64,000 nucleotides of DNA from Octopus vulgaris (Eukaryota). The translations under genes were made by a program, and so were the position numbers. Shown here piece by piece: positions 56,402 through 64,000 of the stretch (positions are counted from its first letter, which is position 1; the number at the start of each line of letters is the position of its first letter). The notes beneath the pieces were generated by a model that was not told where the DNA came from, made no database searches, and saw only the letters and a program-made list of their open reading frames with translations. The stretch is from positions 22,940,001 to 23,004,000 of the forward strand of contig OX597835.1 in NCBI GenBank assembly GCA_951406725.2, read 5' to 3'.

Positions 56402-58980
56402 CGTGCCAGTGGCACGTAAAAAGCACCATCTGATTGTGGCCGTTTGCCAGCCTCGTCTGGCACGTAAAAAGCACCCACTACACTCACGGAGTGGTTGGCA
56501 TTAGGAAGGGCATCCAGCCGTAGAAACATTGCCAGATCAGACTGGGCTTGGTGCAGCCTTCTGGCTTCCCAGACCCCAGTTGAACCGTCCAACCCATGCT
56601 AGCATGGAAAGCGGACGCTAAATGATGATGATATATATACGATGACCTTCTTTCAGTTTCCATCAACAAAATCTACTCAAGGCTTTGGTTAGCCTGAGGC
56701 TATAGTAGAAGACACTTGCCCAAGGTGCCATGCAGTGGGAACTGAACCTGAAACCATGTGGTTGGGAACCACGCATCTTACCACACAGCCACGCCTGCGC
56801 CTATATATATATATAGTTGAAATTTACAGAAAAATAAAATACAAAGACAGGTGTATAAACAATAAACAGGTGCTTGACGCTCGGGAAGGTGGGAGAGTCT
56901 TTTACGTTTTGAGCCAACACTCTTCAACAGAAAGGAACACAAGGAAATAAACAGAAAGAGAATAAAAAAAACTTGTGGATGTAGCAGTCGGCATTTTGTC
57001 CATCTTTACATTCTGAGTTCAAATTCTGCTGAAGTTGACTTTGCCTTTCATCTTTTTACCTTTCATAAAATAAGTACCAGTTGAGGTCTAGAGTTGATGT
57101 AATCAACAGCCCTTCCCCCAAACCTGCAGGCCTTATGCCAAAATTTGAAATCAATATTATCAACATGTGGAACTGTTAATCCCAACATATTTTTTTTCTC
57201 CCTTTCTCCATTTTTCCTCCCATCCCTTTCTGTCAAACAGCATAGGCTCAAAATGTCAAAGAGAAAGGCTCAAAATGTCGAAGAGCCTCCCATTCTTCCT
57301 GAGCATTAAACTAATACACCTTGTTTGTTGTTGCTTCACCTGTCTTTGTCTTTTGTTTGGACCATATATAAATGTGTGCGTGTGTGTGTGTGTATGTGTG
57401 TGTGCATGTGTATGGTTGACAGTTGTCAATTATGGAACACGACTGTCATTACATAAACCTGACGATTGTGTAACACATGAAAGTACTAGTTTATTTCAAC
57501 ATTGTAAAACTATAAAAATAGTAAAGAATAAAAAGTGAAAATCAGACTAGGATGACACTCCCAGTATCAGTTTCTTTTATCACTCTTTCTTTCTTTCTCT
57601 CTTCCTCTGTGTGTGTGTCTGTCTGTCTGTCTCTTTCTCTCTCTCTCTCTTCCTTTGTTTGTCTCTTTCTCTTTCTCTCTCTCTCTGTTTTTTTCACTTT
57701 CTCTCTCTGGTTCTTCTGTCATCACTCTTCTCGCATCTATTCAGCCTCTTGGCAATTATGCCTCTAAAGACGTAACATATATTAGTGAGTACTCTTTAAT
57801 TTGAAAGAATTTTGAGGTGTGTATGCAAGTGACATTGAAGAACACACACACATACACAAAAACGGTCTCCATAGAGTTTCTGCCTTCTAAGCTTTCCTTC
57901 ACAAAGCATGGGTCAGTCAACGTTTTGAATAGAAGACACTTTGCCAAGGTGCCATGCAGTGTGATGGGACCTCAAACCCCACATTGAAAACACAACCAAA
58001 GATTCAAAAAAACACTATAAGTTTGAAATAGAGGAGTGAAAACAAAAAGGGCCAAATGAGAGCAGATTGGGATGGAGTTTGCTATAGTCAGAAGCCCTTC
58101 CAACAGCCAATCCCCACTTGTTTCCTAGTGAAGTAATAGACTCCCAGTTTATAGAACAACAAACAGCCCAGACACGTTTATGGTGGGGAACTGGAAACAA
58201 AAAAACAACACTATATGAATAAATCTTTTGTTTAAAAAGATTGTGCAACATATCAAGAGTTGTCATTCAGCCCAGACATGTTTTTGCAGTGAACTGCCAG
58301 CAAATGACACTGTTAGCAAAACCACTGCTTACAGCAAGTTAGGAAACACTTGTGAGTATGGAAGCAAATATGAACTCACTAACACAATCAAACACACACA
58401 TGTATATGTCAGAAATCAAACATGTGAGTTACCCATGTGTTTGTTTTTCTTGGTTCACCTTTCTTATCTCTTTTCTTTCCTTTTTTTCTCCTTTTCCCTG
58501 GACTTTTCTCTGTATATCCAACAAAGGGACATGACCAACACATTATACTTTTACTCTATAATTTTCCCTTTATAACTTTTTTACCTTATTTGAGTATCAA
58601 CATAATAATATTGGTTCCAAATTTTGGCACAAGGCCAACAATTTCGACCCCCAATATACAACTGGTACTTAATTTATCAACTCCGAAAGAATGAAAGGCA
58701 AGGTCGACCACAGTGGAATTTGAACTCAGAACATAGAGATGGAAAAAAATGCTACTGAGCATTTTTCCTGGTGTCCTAACAATTGGAAGAAGCGAGGGCA
58801 AATAAAACACTTGTGGCATTTCATCTGTCTTTATGTTCTGAGTTCAAATTCCACCAGAGTCAACTTAGCCATTTATTCTTTATCAATCTAATAACATTAA
58901 CTGTTAACCTCCTTTGGACCTTCATTTTTTTTATATTTAAATTTGTCTTTTGTTATTGATCACACTCTCTCTCTCTCTCT

Positions 58981-59266
58981 GGAGGCGCAATGGCCCAGTA
59001 GTTAGGGCAGCTGACTTGCGGTCATAGGATCGCGGTTTTGATTCCCGGACCAGGCGTTGTGAGCGTTTATTGAGCCAAAACACCTAAAAAGCTTCATGAG
59101 GCTCCGACAGGAGATGATGATCCCTGCTATACTCTTTCACCACTCTTTCTTCTGTTGGCCTGCTTGCTTAGCCAATGGGTAGGCGTCATTTGAAGGCTAA
59201 AACAATGCGAACGCATTGTTACCAGCGATGTGTAACAACATCTGATAACCTGGTCGGTCACGTGAT
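58981..59266 (+). mobile_element. tRNA-Arg-like SINE (OR1-type)
   Basis: ggaggcgcaatggcccagtagttagggcagctgacttgcggtcataggatcgcggttttgattccc head; related copy at 7905-8111 (-). Confidence 0.8.
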
Positions 59267-62200
59267 ATATATATATATATATATATTTGGTGAAATAGAA
59301 AGATGAATAATCTTGTTGCAGATTAATCAAAAGTTTAACCGATACCTTGGTAGCAAAAATCACAGCAGAAGAAAGCACGGTTGGAGGTACAACCATATGG
59401 TGTTGCAACCGTGCGTTGGTGCGGATAATTGAATTAATAATATTATATATATATATATATGCACGCATGCACACACACATTATATATAAGCACATGCATG
59501 GCTGTGCTGTAAGAAGCTTGCTTCCCAACCACATGGTTCCAGGTTCATTCCCACTGCATGCTGCATGGCACATTGGGCAAGTGTCTTCTACTATAGCCTC
59601 AGGCTGACCAAAATTTTAGGAGTGGATTTGGGAGACAGAAACTGAAAGAAGCCTGTCGTATGTGTGTGTGCATGCATGTCTCTGTGTTCATCCCCCACCA
59701 CCACTTGACAACCAGTGTTGGTGTTTATGTTCCCGTAACTTAGCAGTTCAGCAAAAGAGACCAATAGAATAAGTACCAGGCTTAAAGAAACGAAACAAAA
59801 AAAAGGAGTATTAGAGTTGATTAGTTCGACTAAAATTCCTCAAAGTGGTGACCATCATCATCATCATTTAGCATCCATTTTCCATGCTGGCATGGGTTGG
59901 ATGGTTTGATAGGAGCTGCCAAGGCAGAAGACTGCACCAGGCTTCAGTGTCTGTTCTGGCTGGGATTTTTATGGTTGGATGGCCTTTTTAACACCAATGA
60001 TTCTATAAAGGGATCTGAGAGCATTTTATGTAGCACCAGCACTGGCAAGGTCTGTTTTGGCATCAGGATGATTACACACACATATATATTATATACAGTG
60101 TACTTTTCCATGATGGCAAGATCAACAAAAAAAGTATTCCATATGGTGAGAGATAAATATTATTTGATAAACACAATATATGTATTTATGTGCTACTATT
60201 AGTTTTATGTGCTGAGAGCATGCCAAACAGCATTTTTTAGCATGTCTGGTGTCCTAACACAATCATCAGACACTGTCCCCATGCCATAATGAACTAAAAA
60301 TGGGATGATAGGATGAGGGAAAAAGTGAGAAAAGGCGAGAAAGAAGTAGATATAAAAGGTGAAAGGTTGAGAAAAACCCAGAAAACACAAAAGAAATCAG
60401 AAAGAAACAAAAGGGAGAATTATATATATATATGTTTATATATATATATATATATATATAACGGGAAGCTTTATGAAAATAAACAAAAGACGAAGGCAGG
60501 TGGAAAACAAACGAACAATTGTATTAGTATGGCGCTCAGGAAATATAAATAAAACAAGTCTTTAACGTTTGAGCCTACGCTCTTCAACAGAAAGATACAC
60601 AGAGAGAGAAAAACACAGAAAGAAGGAGAGAAAAAAATGCGTGCAGTAGCTAACGAATCAACATGGCGATATATATATATATAAATCAAAATCGATCAAC
60701 ATCAATGGTAATTGTAGCTGTGATACCAGTACCGGTGGCACATAAGAGAACCATCCGAACATGGCCGTTGCCAGCGCCGCCCTGACTGGCTTCCGTGCTG
60801 GTGGCACGTAAAAAGCACCCACTACACTCATGGAGTGGTTGGCGTTAGGAAGGGCATCCAGCTGTAGAAACATTGCCAGATCAGACTGGGCCTGGTGCAG
60901 CCTTCTGGCTTCCCAGACCCCAATAGCATCGTCCAACCCATGCCAGCATGGAAAGTGGACGCTAAACGATGATGATGATGATGATATATGTGTGGTGAAG
61001 AAGATCATGGGTGCACTTGAGCTACCAGTTCCTATGAAAGAAAAGGAAAACTCTTGTCATCAAAACCTGTCCCTGTGTCTGTTGTTGAAAGGGTCACTGT
61101 ACTATTGTGGGTTTAGGCAAGTAAAGTAGGCCAAGCTTAATATCCTCAAGTTGGTCTGCAACTACATTCACATCTGACATGTGGCACTGTGTACCTGTAC
61201 AGGCAATACAGGCAACAGTGATTTGATGGAAAGAGTGAGCTAATGTACAGCACAAACGTTTGATCACCATAAATGATTTGTGCAGGTTGTTCAGAAAAGC
61301 AGAGGCTCAATACAATATAGAGTTCTTGTTGCAAAACCTTCATCGGTTAATTAGGATGGCAGGGTTCACCGTGTGTGTGTGTGTGTGTATTTTTATTAAA
61401 ACAATGGCTTTAACGAGACTAATTATGTTTCATACCTGCTCTGTCTTTCAAGCCTCTCTCAGTAAAATGGTGGTTTAAGGAAGAGGACATGTGTGCATGC
61501 ACACACACATATGCATGCGCATGCACTCACACACACACACACACAAAAAATGACTGACTTCTTTCAGTTTCTTATTTCTTTATTGCCCACAAGGGGCTAA
61601 ACATAGAGGGGACAAACCAGGACAGACAGACGGATTAAGTCGATTACGTCAACCCCAGTGTGTACTTTATTTATTGACCCCCGAAAGGATGAAAGGCAAA
61701 GTCGACCTCAGCGGAATTTGAACTCAGAACGTAACGGCAGATGAAATACCGCTAAGCATTTCGGCCGTCGTGCTAATGATTCTGCCAGCTCAGCATCTTT
61801 GCTGACTTCTTTCAGCTTCTGTCAACCAAATCCACTTTTAACGCTTTGGTTGGCCCAAGGCACATGACAGCTGCCTAAGGGACTGAACCCAAAACCAGAC
61901 ACAAACTCACCCAGGTGGCAGCCAATTTGTCAGTAATAATGAGAAAATAAGGTACATATTCTTCCTACCCAATTTTTACACCCATAATCCAACCAATGAA
62001 TCAAGAAAAGAATCGTAACCAATGAAGAGAATTGGATGAAGTTTCCATGGTGACAGAAGAGACCAAGAATATAAGGGAAAACAAAAATGTGGACAAATAG
62101 CTCTGGACAACATCAAGAACATCAAGTCAGCAATATTCTGTTTAACAGCATTCATAGAAGGCATTAAGAATACCCTTTGAAGCCAGTATTTGGTAAATAC

Positions 62201-64000
62201 TTCAGCATGATGATGCGGTAGAATGCGATTTTGTAGGATTTGAAGAAAGTGAGTTTCATTGTATATTTCAAGGGGCAGGAGGTACAGATGTCACCAAAGA
62301 CAATGTCAACTCCTGGTTGGAAGACACAGAAGACACTGGATACCAAATATTAATGGAAAAAAATAAATTGCTGTTGGTGACAACAGTTATTGAGGATGAA
62401 GAAGGAGACAATGAATCATTATTCGTGAAACATAAGCTCTCTAAACAAACTCGAACACACATACACAAGGTATGTGTGTTGTTAGTTTGTGGGTTGTGCT
62501 AAGTTACTGTGATGTAAACACACCAGCTCCGGTTGTCAAGTGGCAGTGGGGGTCAAACAGTGACACCAAAGACACACACACACACACACACACATTTATG
62601 ATGGGCTTCTTTTAGTTTCCATCAACCAAATCCACTCACAAGGCTTTGGTCAGCCCAGGGCTATAGTAGAAGACACTTGCCCAAGGTGCCACGCAGTGGG
62701 ACTGAACCCGGAACCATGTGGTTGGTAAACAAGCTACTTACCATACAGCCACTCCTGCGCCTATATATATATATAGCACCTAGGTGCAGGTGTGATTGCA
62801 CCTATACTATATATATATATTTTTGAGTGTTCTGTTCTGTAGTCTCAGCCTGAGACTACAGAACAGAACACTTGCCCATGGTGCCATATAGAGGGACTGA
62901 ACCTGAAACCATGTGGTTGGCAACCAAGCTACTTACCACACAGCCATGCCTGTGCCTTTCAAATGTATCCACTCCTTGAAGGCATCAGGTTCATTTGTTA
63001 TATTCCACAAGTAAATGAACTTAATTTATGGTATTAACTTTTTAATATTGCATAATGGCCTTTCCAATAATTTTATGAGACTCATTACTATGTACCCTTT
63101 GTAGTAGATTTATAAGCAGGACAAGTTTAGTTATTTCCTGTAGACTGTCAAAATGACGAACAACCTTCATTGTTGATCAAATCTTATTGAATTCTCATCA
63201 GAGGTGTCTCCATCAATTTGACCAATTCCAAAGAAACCAGTTGCCAATTTGTTTATATATTCAACAATTTCAATAGCTACAGGAAACTGGAGTGGCTAAT
63301 TTGCATGACACAAGTCCTGTCAACAAGGGTCTCAGTCTACACAGTATCAAGGTATATATGTAACCCCGAAACGCTGAGGAGATGAGAGAGGACGGAGATA
63401 TGCAGCACATTGCTGTACTTGAGAAGACCCGCCCATCACAAGAGATTTGAGATCCTGAAAGCAAGGTGCCAGATAAAAAGCAATGGTCTGGGTGCTGGTG
63501 CCATATAAAAAGCATTAGTGATGGTGTCATGTAAAATCACCCAGTACACTCTGTGGAGTTGCTGACATTATGAAGGGCATCCAGCCATAGAAACCAAGCC
63601 AAAACAGCCTATGGAACCTGGTGCGGCCCCTGGCCTTGCCAGTCCCTGTCAAGCAGTCCAACACATGCCAGCATGGAAAACACATTAAATGATAATGATG
63701 GTGAACCTATATAGTAGGTTTAGAGAGCTAATTCAGCTATTTCTCCACAGACTGTTCCTTCTTCCAATTCCCTTCACACCAAACTGATATTCACTGTATC
63801 CAACTCAAACCCCACCTCTAATAACAAGTCACACTCTTCCCTCAAGTGCACTGACCCACCCACCTTTTGTATTCCTCTATCCTTTTCTTTCTCTCATACT
63901 CTGTACCTTAACCTCACATCTCTCTCTCTCTCTCACTCCCCTCACTCTCTCTCTCTCTCAGTCACCCGCTCCCTATCTCTCTTCCTCTCTCACTCACTCA

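Noticed and set aside
58981-59055. tRNA-Arg gene
   Set aside because: Cloverleaf incomplete and continues into a SINE body; same for other tRNA-like heads.
61960-62470. Purine-rich, coding-looking stretch
   Set aside because: Multiple stops and no motif I recognise; possibly a decayed transposon.

Overview
AT-rich, microsatellite- and retroposon-dense animal genomic DNA, most likely an octopus (inferred from recognisable cephalopod SINE and RTE-LINE families). Two intron-containing genes can be reconstructed by hand: the last five coding exons of an NADH-dependent glutamate synthase (GLT1/GOGAT, + strand, 91-6189) and at least four 3' exons of a SPAG17/PF6-like central-pair gene (- strand, 50303-44814), whose last recognisable exon is followed by a U12-type donor (GTATCCTTT). 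The rest is tRNA-derived SINEs, RTE/CR1/R4-like LINE fragments, Tc1/mariner, piggyBac-type and Helitron/Helentron relics, a 2.4-kb (TA)n tract and a homogeneous 13 x 147-bp tandem array. Nearly all long ORFs in the track are microsatellite artefacts. The most striking signal is a set of unrelated short elements, mostly in or beside (TA)n runs, that form long fold-back palindromes and carry minimal type-I hammerhead ribozyme motifs of the Penelope-like retroelement kind. Several palindromes turn around at the ribozyme core or stem II, two have 12-bp target-site duplications, and several families carry non-canonical cores (G3:C8, U3:A8, A6-to-pyrimidine). All calls come from manual reading; no alignment, folding or database search was run.
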